From positions 1-34,323 of the forward strand of contig JBDLTY010000134.1 in NCBI GenBank assembly GCA_039805585.1: a stretch of DNA of 34,323 nt. Direction: 5' to 3'. Under the pieces are notes generated by a model. It saw nothing but the letters and a program-made list of their open reading frames with translations. It made no database searches and was not told the DNA's origin. Within the stretch, counting starts at the first letter, position 1. Each line of letters opens with the position of its first letter. The DNA comes from Actinomycetota bacterium (lineage in GTDB: Bacteria; Actinomycetota; Actinomycetes; S36-B12; UBA5976). This document shows positions 8,715 to 19,500 of the stretch, one piece after another. A program made the position numbers and the translations under genes.

Positions 8715-10014
8715 TCCGATTTATCCTGGTCCGCTTTCGACTGACAGCTTTAGTGGTACGTGCTTGAGTTTTTTCAACCGGTTTTGATGTTTGACGCTCC
8801 GGTGCCTTGGCCTCAGGCACTAAACGGGAAGGAACATTGGGATCGATGCCAAGCCCTGTAAATAGGTGTGGGGAGTTTGAGTAGGTTTCAATCGGCTCAG
8901 TGAATGCCAGTCCAAGTTGCTTATTAATGTGCTGCCATCGTGGGATGTCTTCCCAATCTACGAGTGTCACTGCCACACCGCTTGCGCCAGCACGACCAGT
9001 TCTTCCGATTCGATGAAGATAGGTATTTTCATCATCAGGACAGTCATAATTGACAACATGACTGACCCCTTCAATATCAAGTCCACGCGCAGCCACATCA
9101 GTTGCGACTAGTACCTGCACTTTGTTATTTCTCAGTTTTTCAAGTGCACTTTCACGTTGCTTTTGACCAAGATCACCGTGAATGGTACTGACTTTGAAGC
9201 CCCGTGCTTTGAGGTCATCATAGAGTTTGGCGGCACCACGCTTGGTTGAGCAAAAAATAATCGTAAGCGTGCAATGTTCAGCCTGCAGAATTTTGGCAAC
9301 GAGCTCTGGTTTATCAAGTGGATGTGCTCGCCACACGTGTTGTTCGATTTTTTCTACGATTGATTCATCTTCGCCAGGATTGGTAGCGTGAATATGAGTC
9401 GGGTTATTCATGTGTCCACGGGCTAAGGACATTATCTTGCCGGGCATGGTTGCACTGAAGAGCATTTTCTGCGCAGTTTTTGGAACCATCGAAATGATTT
9501 TCTCAACATCAGGCAGAAAACCCATGTCGAGCATTTCGTCGGCTTCATCAAGTACCAAGACCTCGATAGTGCTGAGATCGATTTTCCCTTGTTGAATGAA
9601 ATCAAGTAGTCGTCCAGGTGTCGCCACAATGACGTCAACCTGGCCCGCAAGTGCATCGGCTTGTCCTTGCACAGCAGCCCCACCGTACACACTTACAACC
9701 TTGAGTGATGTGTGTCGACTTACACGCCCAAGATCACTTCCGACTTGACTTGCAAGTTCCCGGGTCGGTGCAAGGATGAGTGCTCGAATACCGGGCGCTT
9801 TTGCCTGCAATAATTTTTCAAGCAAAGGAAGCCCAAAGCCAAGCGTCTTGCCGGTTCCAGTTTTCGCTTGCCCAATAATGTCATAGCCTTTTAGGCCAAG
9901 TGGGATTGCTAATTCCTGAATAGGAAATGTGCTCTCAATTCCATCTTCATGAAGTGCTTGAATAAGCGATGAAGAGAGATCTAAATCGTTGAATTGAATG
10001 TTACTGACCGCCAA
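8698..10014 (-). CDS. DEAD-box ATP-dependent RNA helicase with a basic C-terminal tail
   Basis: Q motif FPIQ, AKTGTGKT, VLDEADEMLD, SAT and HRIGRTGR. The start is uncertain. I placed it at the TTG at 10014 (LAVSNIQFNDL...), because the ATG at 10104 would overlap the upstream DUF3107 gene by 104 nt. Confidence 0.88.
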   Translation of the reverse strand: MAVSNIQFNDLDLSSSLIQALHEDGIESTFPIQELAIPLGLKGYDIIGQAKTGTGKTLGFGLPLLEKLLQAKAPGIRALILAPTRELASQVGSDLGRVSRHTSLKVVSVYGGAAVQGQADALAGQVDVIVATPGRLLDFIQQGKIDLSTIEVLVLDEADEMLDMGFLPDVEKIISMVPKTAQKMLFSATMPGKIMSLARGHMNNPTHIHATNPGEDESIVEKIEQHVWRAHPLDKPELVAKILQAEHCTLTIIFCSTKRGAAKLYDDLKARGFKVSTIHGDLGQKQRESALEKLRNNKVQVLVATDVAARGLDIEGVSHVVNYDCPDDENTYLHRIGRTGRAGASGVAVTLVDWEDIPRWQHINKQLGLAFTEPIETYSNSPHLFTGLGIDPNVPSRLVPEAKAPERQTSKPVEKTQARTTKAVSRKRTRINRTTPKQ

Positions 10015-10225
10015 ATCCGACTTTGCGCGATTCAGGCGCAGCGATATCAACGTACGCAATCGCACTTGCTGCCACGATAACAACCCTGCCTTTTGCATCA
10101 ACAAGGGTCAATTTTTCATTTTTCTCAAGAGCAGTGTTCACGAGTTTCTGCACAGCGGATGTGTCCTGATCGTTTTCGACAACAATTTCTCGAGCTGAGT
10201 TCTGAAAGCCAATTCGTATTTCCAT
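10001..10225 (-). CDS. DUF3107-family small protein (M. tuberculosis TB9.4/Rv3208A-like)
   Basis: 74 aa beginning MEIRIGF and ending KVGFGGQ. It has a good SD (AGAGGAATAATG) and sits between the TetR and DEAD-box helicase genes, as in other actinobacteria. Confidence 0.8.
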   Translation of the reverse strand: MEIRIGFQNSAREIVVENDQDTSAVQKLVNTALEKNEKLTLVDAKGRVVIVAASAIAYVDIAAPESRKVGFGGQ

Positions 10226-10233
10226 TATTCCTC

Positions 10234-10866
10234 TTAGTCGGTTTCTGGATTCAGTAGTCTAGGTACTCCGGAGATTCCTCGCCACGCCAACCTGCTAACA
10301 AGGTTAATTGCACTGCGCTTTGGTACCCGACTTCCTTCGCGAATCCATCGTCGAGCTGCAGTTTCAGCAAGTCCTGTCAGCCCCATCGCGAGCATCATCG
10401 CCTCTTCAGCCCCAACACCTGTGTCCTCTGCGATAACTTGGCTCACCAGTACAGCACACTCATCTTCAAAAAATTCTATCTTTTCCCTGACCTCTGGGTC
10501 GTTGGACAGATCCGATTCAAAGACCAATCGATAGGCCGCATCAGCATCTTCAATAAAGTCAAAGTAGGCGGTAATGGTTGCACTGACACGTTGTCTATTG
10601 TCTGTTGTGGAAGCGAGTGCGAGTTGCAGACGATCGAGAAGTTCTTGACCTGTCATCTCAACTAGTGCGATGTAGAGGGAACGCTTTCCATCAGCAAAAT
10701 GCTGATACAGCACAGGTTTTGAAACGCCAGCTCGTTCAGCGATTTCATCCATGGATGCTTGGTGATAACCATATGCCACGAAAACATCTCGTGCTGCATC
10801 AATCAGCATGGCCCGCCGCTCGGTACGAGCAACCCGAGCGGGCTTCACACCCGAAGATTCACTCAC
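10234..10866 (-). CDS. TetR-family transcriptional regulator
   Basis: HTH ASMDEIAERAGVSKPVLYQHF. I chose the GTG at 10866, which is downstream of the preceding gene's stop (10905) and preceded by AAGGA. The track start at 10968 would overlap that gene. Confidence 0.85.
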   Translation of the reverse strand: MSESSGVKPARVARTERRAMLIDAARDVFVAYGYHQASMDEIAERAGVSKPVLYQHFADGKRSLYIALVEMTGQELLDRLQLALASTTDNRQRVSATITAYFDFIEDADAAYRLVFESDLSNDPEVREKIEFFEDECAVLVSQVIAEDTGVGAEEAMMLAMGLTGLAETAARRWIREGSRVPKRSAINLVSRLAWRGISGVPRLLNPETD

Positions 10867-10904
10867 AGGGTAAACCCTAGTCCTTCTGGTTTTTATGCCT
10901 GGCT

Positions 10905-13295
10905 TTAGAGACTTCCACGCTTCATCAGATACTGAAAGGCAAACCATCCAGGAACGGTCGGTATCCAAAAAGTTAGGAGTCGAAAAAGTAGAACTGCCGA
11001 GAGTGCGATACTTGCATCCACCCCAACTGCAATCAATCCCGCTGTCATCACAGCTTCCACAGCGCCGATACCACCAGGCGTTGGCGCAACTTGACCAAGT
11101 GTTGAACCTGCCAAATACACGAGTGAAATAGCAGCGATTGATCCACTTCCATCAAAAGCATAAACACTTGCAACCAGCACAGCACAAAACGCAATATTTA
11201 AAAGAAACATTCCACCGATTCCGACGGCCAACTTTGCAGGTTGTTGGGAGAGTGTGACAAAACGAGGAACAACTTCAGAAATGCGTGGTCGTGCAACAGA
11301 AACCAAATATCGTCGAACTTTCGGTAAGGGCAAAATTGCCAGTAATACTAAAGTGAATGCAGCAATTGCAATCACGATTTCTCGCGGAGGATTAAACGAA
11401 AAATCTTGATTCGTACCTGTGAGATAGCCTGCGACAAAAAGTAAACCAACATGCACAATGAATGCCAAGACTTGCGATACCGCAACTGTTGCACCTGCAA
11501 CTGTTGCAGATAGTCCTTCTCGCTGTAAGTAACGACCATTGATCGCAACTGTTCCAAGTGCAGGAGGTGAAATGAGTGTCGCGAAGGATGCTGCAAGTTG
11601 AGCCAGGAACGTCCTCCAGGCTGAGAGTTTTTCAAAGACAAATCCTTGCAATGCCATGGTTGAGCCAATGTAGGTGAGGATGGTCATGGCAACTGCAAAG
11701 CCAACCCAGCTGTAGTTCGCTGTTGAAAGAATATTGAGAATATCAACATCACCGATTTGACCCAAGAGAATGTAACCTGCAAAAAACGCCAATAACAAAG
11801 TGATAATTTTTCGTGGTTGTAGTCGTTCTAGGGTTACCGTTTGAACGGAACTCGCCGGTGCAATCGCTGCGATGAGTTCGCGAATGTGCCCAAGCAAACC
11901 TCGCTGCTTTCGAAGTAATTTTCTATTTGCAGAACTCAAGGCAAAGACCTGCAGCGCGGGAAGAGCGTCCGCAATCTCACTGATGGTAAAGACCTCTTTC
12001 GCAGTGTTTACTGCAGTTTCTGGATTCTTCATCAATGAAAGGGAAATCATCATGTCAGCCAAATCAATTCTGCGCTGCAGATCGCTCATGGCAACGGAAC
12101 CCGAGGTGATGTGTAAGAGCGTCACTGAGTCATCGGCATGAAACACGATGTGATCTGGAGAAAGCGAGCGATGTGCGATTGAGGCATCATGAAGTTTTTT
12201 GAGCGCGACCCATGCGGCCTTCAAGTGGGCGGTAGTTGGGTTTTCCAACTTTTGGCCATCGGCATCTTCAATCCAGTCGTACACAAGTACCGTTGCATCA
12301 TCATCTATTGATCGTAACGCGACCAGGCGAGGAGTTGGCGCATCAATAGCAGCTGTGGCATAAGCCATCAGTGCTGAGCGTTCGACGGCCTGTCGCATTG
12401 TCCAGCCACCAAGTGCGTCGTTATCTCGCAACCTCAATGAACGCCACCAACGTGGAAATAAACCTGCTCCTTCTAAATCTCTGTCGTATACAACAACGTG
12501 ATACTTTTCATTATCTGCAGTTGTTGCTACATAGCGTCTACCGTGATCTGTTGATGTAGTTGCTCGAAGAACATTGATAGGTATGCCTGCCCCGTGGAGT
12601 GTTTTAGCTACTTCAAGACCTTTTGGTCGAGTTGTAGGTGTTCCAAAGAGATAGCGAAATCCAAGTCCTACAGCCCAGCCAAACAAGAGCGAAACAGCAA
12701 GGGCCGTAACTGTGAAATTACCGGCGATGTTATCTGCAATTGCGGAAGCGCCGACGATTACCGTTGAGGCAATACTTGCACTACCGCGAAGCCGGGCAAC
12801 TGTTACCAGAGCCGTCACGCTTGCAATAAGTGCTTGCAAAGGGAACGTACTTCGTTCACTTGTTCCCGCAAGTGCAAACCATAAATCGTTACTGCCAAAG
12901 TCTCGCAGTAGATTGACTGCAACACCAATCAAGAGTGCAGCAACAATAAAGCTCAAGACTGCTTCTGCGAGGAGCCTGCCACCACGACGAGTCAAAAGTG
13001 AATATGCAACGATAAAAGGCAAAATAAATTGACCAATGCCTGTAATGATTCCAAGTAGAAGTGAAATCAGACCTGGCAAGCGTGAAGCACTATCTGCAAC
13101 ATCCTGATCGATCGCCGAAAAAGTATTGAGAAGAATTGTTGACAAGGTGATGACTGCAAGTGTGCCAAGGATTGCAAGGGTAAAGCGAAGTACATCGATA
13201 GGTCGGCGAACTCGCTTAGAAAAAACGCCTTCTTCGATAACGATGGTGCCCGAATCGGTGGTCACAGGGACAGTTTCCCATGAGGAGCCATACAT
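10905..13295 (-). CDS. Large polytopic membrane protein: N-terminal TM block, central kinase-like (apparently inactive) domain, C-terminal MprF/LPG-synthase-type flippase-like TM domain
   Basis: 796 aa. Hydrophobic helices span residues about 35-215 and about 495-790, and the C-terminal motif PTPGGIGAVEA is typical of the lysylphosphatidylglycerol-synthase TM domain family. The soluble insert at about 225-460 contains the kinase-like loop HRSLSPDHIVF. Confidence 0.72.
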   Translation of the reverse strand: MYGSSWETVPVTTDSGTIVIEEGVFSKRVRRPIDVLRFTLAILGTLAVITLSTILLNTFSAIDQDVADSASRLPGLISLLLGIITGIGQFILPFIVAYSLLTRRGGRLLAEAVLSFIVAALLIGVAVNLLRDFGSNDLWFALAGTSERSTFPLQALIASVTALVTVARLRGSASIASTVIVGASAIADNIAGNFTVTALAVSLLFGWAVGLGFRYLFGTPTTRPKGLEVAKTLHGAGIPINVLRATTSTDHGRRYVATTADNEKYHVVVYDRDLEGAGLFPRWWRSLRLRDNDALGGWTMRQAVERSALMAYATAAIDAPTPRLVALRSIDDDATVLVYDWIEDADGQKLENPTTAHLKAAWVALKKLHDASIAHRSLSPDHIVFHADDSVTLLHITSGSVAMSDLQRRIDLADMMISLSLMKNPETAVNTAKEVFTISEIADALPALQVFALSSANRKLLRKQRGLLGHIRELIAAIAPASSVQTVTLERLQPRKIITLLLAFFAGYILLGQIGDVDILNILSTANYSWVGFAVAMTILTYIGSTMALQGFVFEKLSAWRTFLAQLAASFATLISPPALGTVAINGRYLQREGLSATVAGATVAVSQVLAFIVHVGLLFVAGYLTGTNQDFSFNPPREIVIAIAAFTLVLLAILPLPKVRRYLVSVARPRISEVVPRFVTLSQQPAKLAVGIGGMFLLNIAFCAVLVASVYAFDGSGSIAAISLVYLAGSTLGQVAPTPGGIGAVEAVMTAGLIAVGVDASIALSAVLLFRLLTFWIPTVPGWFAFQYLMKRGSL

Positions 13296-13340
13296 TGGTG
13301 GCGCAGGGGAATTGTCAGATTGAGGTTCTAGGGTTAGGGC

Positions 13341-16300
13341 ATGAATCCAATCGGCTTACGGCGAGCAAATGCCAATGCACCCCAATGGTCATTACGCCGA
13401 CAACCTCGAGCGGATTCCCTCACAGAACTTGATAATTCCCAGCAAGTTGTCGTTGCTCATAATCGTGGTGCGCTGATCGTTTTAGCGGGTCCAGGTACAG
13501 GTAAAACTGCGACACTGACAGAGTCGGTACTTGCACGGTTAGAAGAGGGTATTGCAGCCGAAGAGATACTGGTCATCACGTTTGCTCGCGATGCTGCTGC
13601 TGAAATTCGCAATCGTATTGTGGCAAGGGTTTCTGCCGGGAAAGTTCCTATCGTCAGTACGTTTCATTCACTTGCACTTGCGATAGTTCGTGAATTTACT
13701 AACCAAGATTCTCAACCTAAACTCGTAAGCGCACCTGAACAAGAAGCGATGATTCGAGAACTCATCGGTGGATTTTCCAAGGAACCACTACTCAAGTCCC
13801 GCATTCAGTGGCCAAGTGCTTTAGCCCAAGCACTTGAGACACGTGGTCTGAGCGTGGAACTGCGAAATGCTTTAGCTCGAGCACAGGCCTTGAATCTACG
13901 GTCTGAAGACCTGATGAAGATTGCTCAACAAGAGGGTAGTGATGTATGGCAGGTTGTGGGCCCATTTTTACAGATGTATGTTGACAATCTTGAAGCAATG
14001 AATTCTTTGGATTACAACGAATTGGTACTCCAAGCAAATGAGTTGCTCACCATTGACCAGATTCGAAACACGCTTCAGGGTCGGTACAAGGTCATTTATG
14101 TAGATGAGTATCAGGATTCAGATCCATTGCAGATAGCGATGCTTCGACAAATCACGAGATCCGATACATGTTTGGTAGTTGTGGGAGATCCAGATCAGTC
14201 CATCTACTCATTCCGTGGCGCTGAAACAAAATCAGTTCACAATTTTTTTGAGAACTTCAATCACATTAGCCCGCAACCACGTGCCCACTTTCTCTCTACG
14301 AGTTATCGTTTTGGTCCCAAAATTCGCGATGCTGCGCTTCGAGTCATTGAACGAAACCCAATTCATCCTCAATTACATAATGCGCATGGCTATCGTCAAC
14401 TTCGTGTTGATGAAGCACGAGATTCCCACGTGGAAGTTAATCATTATCGAGATGATGAACATCAGGCAACAGAAGTTGTCGAAAAAATAATGCAACTGCG
14501 AGCGACGCGAAATTACGAATGGAAAGATTTTGCGATACTCGTTCGTTCAGGAGTGCGCTCGATTCCGACGCTACAGCGCGCTCTGATTTCAGCCGGAGTT
14601 CCTGTTACGACTACCTTTGATGAAATTCCATTGGTTGAAGAAGTGCCAGTACGTGCATTGTTACTTGCCATGCGAGCTGCTGCTGGCACGTTACCTTCAC
14701 ATGAAGTAATGGAGTTATTGCACTCAGGTCTGGTGGATATGTCACCCTCTGAAACTCGTCGCCTTGCTCGCGCTCTCAAACGCTCTCAGCCTGAAGGGAC
14801 AACTAATGCATTTTGGTCAGTGGAACTTCTTGCAACTGCATTAGTGTCCCCAGCGTTAACTCAAAGTGTGGATCCACAAGCAGGTGGACTTGCTTTGACT
14901 AAATTTCTGAGAATTCAGTCCATCGTCCTGAATGCAAGAGTTCAAATTGAGCGCTTTGAGTCAGCAGATGAAATCTTCTGGGATATTTGGCAGGAATCAA
15001 AATGGCCAGAACGACTTCGAAAAGTTTCCTTAAGCCAAGATGCAAGCGCTTCGATTGCCCATCATTCTCTGGATGCGGTTATTTCATTCTTTGAAGCGCT
15101 TGGAACGTATCGACGACGAATCCGCGCCAAGCTTGGATGGAAGAATGCCATTGAACATGTGCAATCACTCTTTGTGCCAACTCGTCAAGTTCTTTCCGAT
15201 TCAATGCGTGATGCAGTAACAATTATGAGTGCACATCGCTCTAAAGGCTTGGACTGGAACGTGGTGTTCGTCTGCAGCGTCAACGAGTCTGTATGGCCCG
15301 ATTTACGTCGGAGGACTTCAGTGCTTTCGCCAGAACGACTTACAGGTTCGGGACTTGAAGATGTCGTGGATCGTTCAGTTGTGATTCAAGAAGAGCGACG
15401 ATTATTTTATGTTGCGTGCACTCGCGCCAAAGAGCAACTTTTCGTATCAAGTACTTCTGCGAATTCGCGAAGTGATGTTGTCCCTTCGCGCTACTTGCAG
15501 CAACTGCAACCTGGCAGTGACTACGATGCCACAAAGGAGCCTGTGGACTCAGCGCGATTCACCGCAAGTCAACTGGTGGCGCAATTACGCCGTGTCACCC
15601 TTGATGCATCAAAATCTCCAGAACTTCGACAGCACGCATTTATGAGGTTGGCCTACTTGGCGCAGGTGCGCGATGAACAGGGAGCACTTCTTTTTCCTGA
15701 AGCACACCCCGATTCGTGGTGGGGGACATTCGATTTCACTCACTCAGAAAACGACATCGACGATAGAGCAAAACCATTGTATTTGCGCGGATCATCTCTT
15801 GAGACCTTCGATAATTGCTCCTTACTTTGGTTTCTTCAGCGTAAAGCTGAAGCAGAAGAAGCAAAGAATTCAAGTTTGAGTTTCGGTTCAATCATTCATG
15901 CTTTGGCAGATGCTGTTGAAAAGTCTGTAATCCCCGCTGATCTAGAAAGTATTGAAGGTATCATCAATCAACTTTGGCCACGGCTGGACTTCGATACGAC
16001 ATGGCAACGGGAGAGTGAACGAGTAAGTGCAGTTGATTGTATGAAGGCATTTCTAAATTGGCGAAATGCACGAAAACGCAATGTGTACGGAACCGAAGTT
16101 GATTTTGATGATGTTTGGACAATCACGAAAGCTGATGGTCAAACTGAGAGACTTCGCCTTAAAGGACAAGCCGACGTCGTTGAAATTTCTGACGACAATG
16201 GAATCTACATCATTGACCTCAAAACTTTTGGCTATCCACCCAAAGCAGATGATGTGGAAAATAATTTACAGTTGGCAATCTACCAAGTGGCTGCATCACT

Positions 16301-16559
16301 GGGTTTTATAACGGATTCCTCTCACCACGCAGCAGGTGCTGCGCTGATTTCTCTTCGCGACAGTAAGGCTGGCCAGCCACTGACGTTGGAACAATCCAGT
16401 ATTGAATCGCGGCGGGATTGGATTGAGTCAAAGATGCTTGGTTTTGCTGAAATTGCGCGTAGTGAAGGGTATGAAGCGAGCGTGTGTTCATTCTGCAGAT
16501 TCTGCCAGTTCAAGAAGGTCTGCCCCTTGCAAATCGAGGGTAGGCAGGCACTGTCATGA
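13341..16559 (+). CDS. adnA: AdnA-like helicase-nuclease subunit (UvrD-like motor plus RecB-type nuclease with an Fe-S cluster)
   Basis: Walker A LAGPGTGKT and Walker B VDEYQDSD. The C-terminal PD-(D/E)XK motifs are GQADVVE...IYIIDLKT and QLAIYQV. Cys826 plus CRFCQFKKVC (CxxCx5C, nt 16494-16523) form an AddB/AdnA-type 4-Cys pattern. Confidence 0.82.
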   Translation: MNPIGLRRANANAPQWSLRRQPRADSLTELDNSQQVVVAHNRGALIVLAGPGTGKTATLTESVLARLEEGIAAEEILVITFARDAAAEIRNRIVARVSAGKVPIVSTFHSLALAIVREFTNQDSQPKLVSAPEQEAMIRELIGGFSKEPLLKSRIQWPSALAQALETRGLSVELRNALARAQALNLRSEDLMKIAQQEGSDVWQVVGPFLQMYVDNLEAMNSLDYNELVLQANELLTIDQIRNTLQGRYKVIYVDEYQDSDPLQIAMLRQITRSDTCLVVVGDPDQSIYSFRGAETKSVHNFFENFNHISPQPRAHFLSTSYRFGPKIRDAALRVIERNPIHPQLHNAHGYRQLRVDEARDSHVEVNHYRDDEHQATEVVEKIMQLRATRNYEWKDFAILVRSGVRSIPTLQRALISAGVPVTTTFDEIPLVEEVPVRALLLAMRAAAGTLPSHEVMELLHSGLVDMSPSETRRLARALKRSQPEGTTNAFWSVELLATALVSPALTQSVDPQAGGLALTKFLRIQSIVLNARVQIERFESADEIFWDIWQESKWPERLRKVSLSQDASASIAHHSLDAVISFFEALGTYRRRIRAKLGWKNAIEHVQSLFVPTRQVLSDSMRDAVTIMSAHRSKGLDWNVVFVCSVNESVWPDLRRRTSVLSPERLTGSGLEDVVDRSVVIQEERRLFYVACTRAKEQLFVSSTSANSRSDVVPSRYLQQLQPGSDYDATKEPVDSARFTASQLVAQLRRVTLDASKSPELRQHAFMRLAYLAQVRDEQGALLFPEAHPDSWWGTFDFTHSENDIDDRAKPLYLRGSSLETFDNCSLLWFLQRKAEAEEAKNSSLSFGSIIHALADAVEKSVIPADLESIEGIINQLWPRLDFDTTWQRESERVSAVDCMKAFLNWRNARKRNVYGTEVDFDDVWTITKADGQTERLRLKGQADVVEISDDNGIYIIDLKTFGYPPKADDVENNLQLAIYQVAASLGFITDSSHHAAGAALISLRDSKAGQPLTLEQSSIESRRDWIESKMLGFAEIARSEGYEASVCSFCRFCQFKKVCPLQIEGRQALS

Positions 16560-19500
16560 GTTTCACTTCAAATGACCTGAAATTCACAGATGAGCAAATA
16601 GCAGCGATTACGAGTTCAAATCCCTGCGTCTTGATTTCTGCTGGAGCAGGATCTGGAAAAACTACCGTAATGGCCGAGCGAGTCGCCTATTTCATACAGC
16701 AATGTGATGTGCTTCCAGATCAAATACTTGGATTGACATTTACACGTTTTGCAACCGCTGAACTTCAGTCTCGAGTTCAGAAGCGACTAGGTTCGAAGTC
16801 AAACGAATTTGATACGCAACCAGCGTTTCATACGTATCATTCATTTTCAGAGAGAATTTTCCGCGAAAATGCTTTACGAATCGGATTCGAGCCTGATTCA
16901 ATAGCGCTTACCGATGTGAGAAGAAATCAACTAGCGGCGCAGGTCATTCGCCAGAGCACATTACCCCTTGGAGATTTAGAGTCGAAATTCTCGAGCATCA
17001 TGGGGTACTTACTTGATCTTGACGACAACCTTTCAAATAATGTGGTGTCAACGCACGAACTACGCGAATTCGATTCAAAGCTGGCAGTGGACCTTGAAGC
17101 TTTTGAGATGATTGGGAAAACGAAGGAACTCTTGAAAAAGTCATCTAAACGTTTACTTCTAGCGGACTTAGTAGACGAATTCCGGCTCGCGAAACGAGTC
17201 AGAAGTGTGATTGATTACGCGGATATGGCTCGTCTTGCCTTGCAGATACTTGAGAATGCACCAGAAGTAGTTTCACAGTATCAAGAACTGTATACGCAAA
17301 TTTTGCTCGATGAATATCAGGATACATCGATCTCACAACGGGAACTTCTTCGAACGTTATTTACTGGAGCAGATATTGGAATTACCGCAGTTGGCGATCC
17401 ATTACAGGCGATTTTTTCATTTCAAGGCGGAAACATTGACAACATTATTAACTTTGGATCCTACTATTCGAATCATAACCAAGAGCCATTGAATCTCAGG
17501 ATTACGCAGCGCAACGGTAAAAATATCCTGCACCTAGCGAATCTCGTAGGACAGCCAGTTCGTGATGCGTACCCAGATGCAAAGATGCAATGGCTTGTAC
17601 CTGCCGCTACCCCGAAGTATGGCGATGGCCGGGTACAGATTAATTCATATTTGAGTACGAAAGAAGAAGCAGAAGCAATTGCAGATAGGTTCACTGAGCT
17701 CCATGGTGAAGGTATTGCATATGAAGATATGGCTGTACTCGCACACAACAACAGTGAACTTCAAAAAATCGCGGAAGTTTTGAGTTCTCGAGATATTCCA
17801 ATTCAGATTCGATCAAAGCGAGCTCTGATTAACCTGCCAGAGATAGCGGAAATCATTAGCTACATGAAAGTTATCGCAAACCCGGCCGCGAACATTGATT
17901 GGCTGCGATTACTAACAGGTCCAAGGTTTGCACTATCAATGAGAGATGTTGCAGGACTTGGCAGAATTTCTCGATCTCTTTCCACGTATGTCATGCGCGA
18001 ATCGTCAAACGATTTTGAGAGTGAAATTGCTAGAGCAATTCAAGGCCACGATCAAGCAGATATAGCTGCGTACGGCGATGTGCTTGAGTATCTGTCAGAA
18101 AACGACACGAACGAAATCAGTCATGATGCACTCATGCGCGTGCGTTTGCTACAAAGTGACATCGAATACTTGCGCCAGTACATCACAGAGAGTCTTCCAG
18201 CTCTTGCAGGGCGAATTTTGAATACAACTGGACTTGCAGTCGAGTTATATGCACACCAGGAGAGAATTGAACGAGGAATTGGGGCAAATGTTCAGGCCTT
18301 CATATCGATGCTGTCAGATTTTTCAAGCTTGAAAGGCACTTCCAGCCTTTTCGATTTCATATCCTGGCTATCAGATGCAGAGCGATATGGGAATATGGTG
18401 ACGATCGAAATCCCAGAGCGTCGTGGTGCGGTCAATCTGATGACAATTCATGGTTCGAAAGGTTTGCAATTTAGAGCAGTTGCAGTGCCCTATCTCAGTG
18501 AGAATATTTTCCCTACCTCTAACACGACACCTCGTTGGACCGGAACCCCATCAGCAGTACCAATTGGATTGAAGAATGTTCGGGTTAAAGAAGGATTAGT
18601 CCAATTCCCTCCCCGAAATCGGAAAATAGTGACGAAAGACCACGACAATTTCGTTGAAATTTGCCGAGAAGAAGACTTGCTTGAAGAACGTCGGCTCTTA
18701 TACGTAGCACTAACCCGAACTGAAGATGTGCTGTTGATTTCACACGCGTACATCGAAGGTTCGACTGTGCGAAAACCTTCTCGCTTCTTTGAGGAACTCA
18801 CTCAACATGCAAAAACAGAACCAGCAATCACCTGCAATCTTGTTGACTTTGTAGAACCAGCAGAGTTACAGGGTGAGACTCCGAGAGCATCATGGCCGAC
18901 ATTGCCGCAAAGTGCTGAGATGCTCCAGATACGAGAACTAGCCACAATGCTGAGATACGAAATCGACAGAAATGTGAAATCTCCACTTATCGAAGATGAC
19001 ACCACATTGGATTGGGATTTAGCAATCGCATCCCTCATCAAAACTAGGCAGGATGAGTTGCAAAAGGAAAGGTTTGTGGAATTGCCAGAGAGTCTGTCGG
19101 CAAGTGATGTAATGCGATTAGCGCAGGATGAAGCCAGCTTTGTGTTTGAGCTCGTACGACCGATGCCTCAAGCCCCCCATTTTGGCGCTGACATGGGAAC
19201 ACTGTTTCACGAATGGGTTGAAAATTACTTCCGACAAAAGTCAGCAGGTGCGCTTACTGCCACGTTGCCAGGCGCTGAAGACTTAGATCAATTACCTGCT
19301 GACATCATTGAGCAAAAAGAATTACGAGAGTTGATTGACAAATTCATGAAATCAAGTTGGGCCAATCGCTTACCTATTGCTATCGAAGAACCATTTACTA
19401 TCATCATTAACGATCGCATCATCAAAGGCCGTATAGATGCAGTTTTCCAAGATGGTGATCGCTGGTTACTTGTTGACTGGAAAACCCATGGGCAGAAAGA

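Noticed and set aside
10015-10104. ATG starts at 10104 and 10098 for the DEAD-box helicase
   Set aside because: Either would overlap DUF3107 by about 100 nt and add a non-conserved leader (MLMQKAGLLSWQQVRLR...). I keep them only as an alternative in the finding on start ambiguity.
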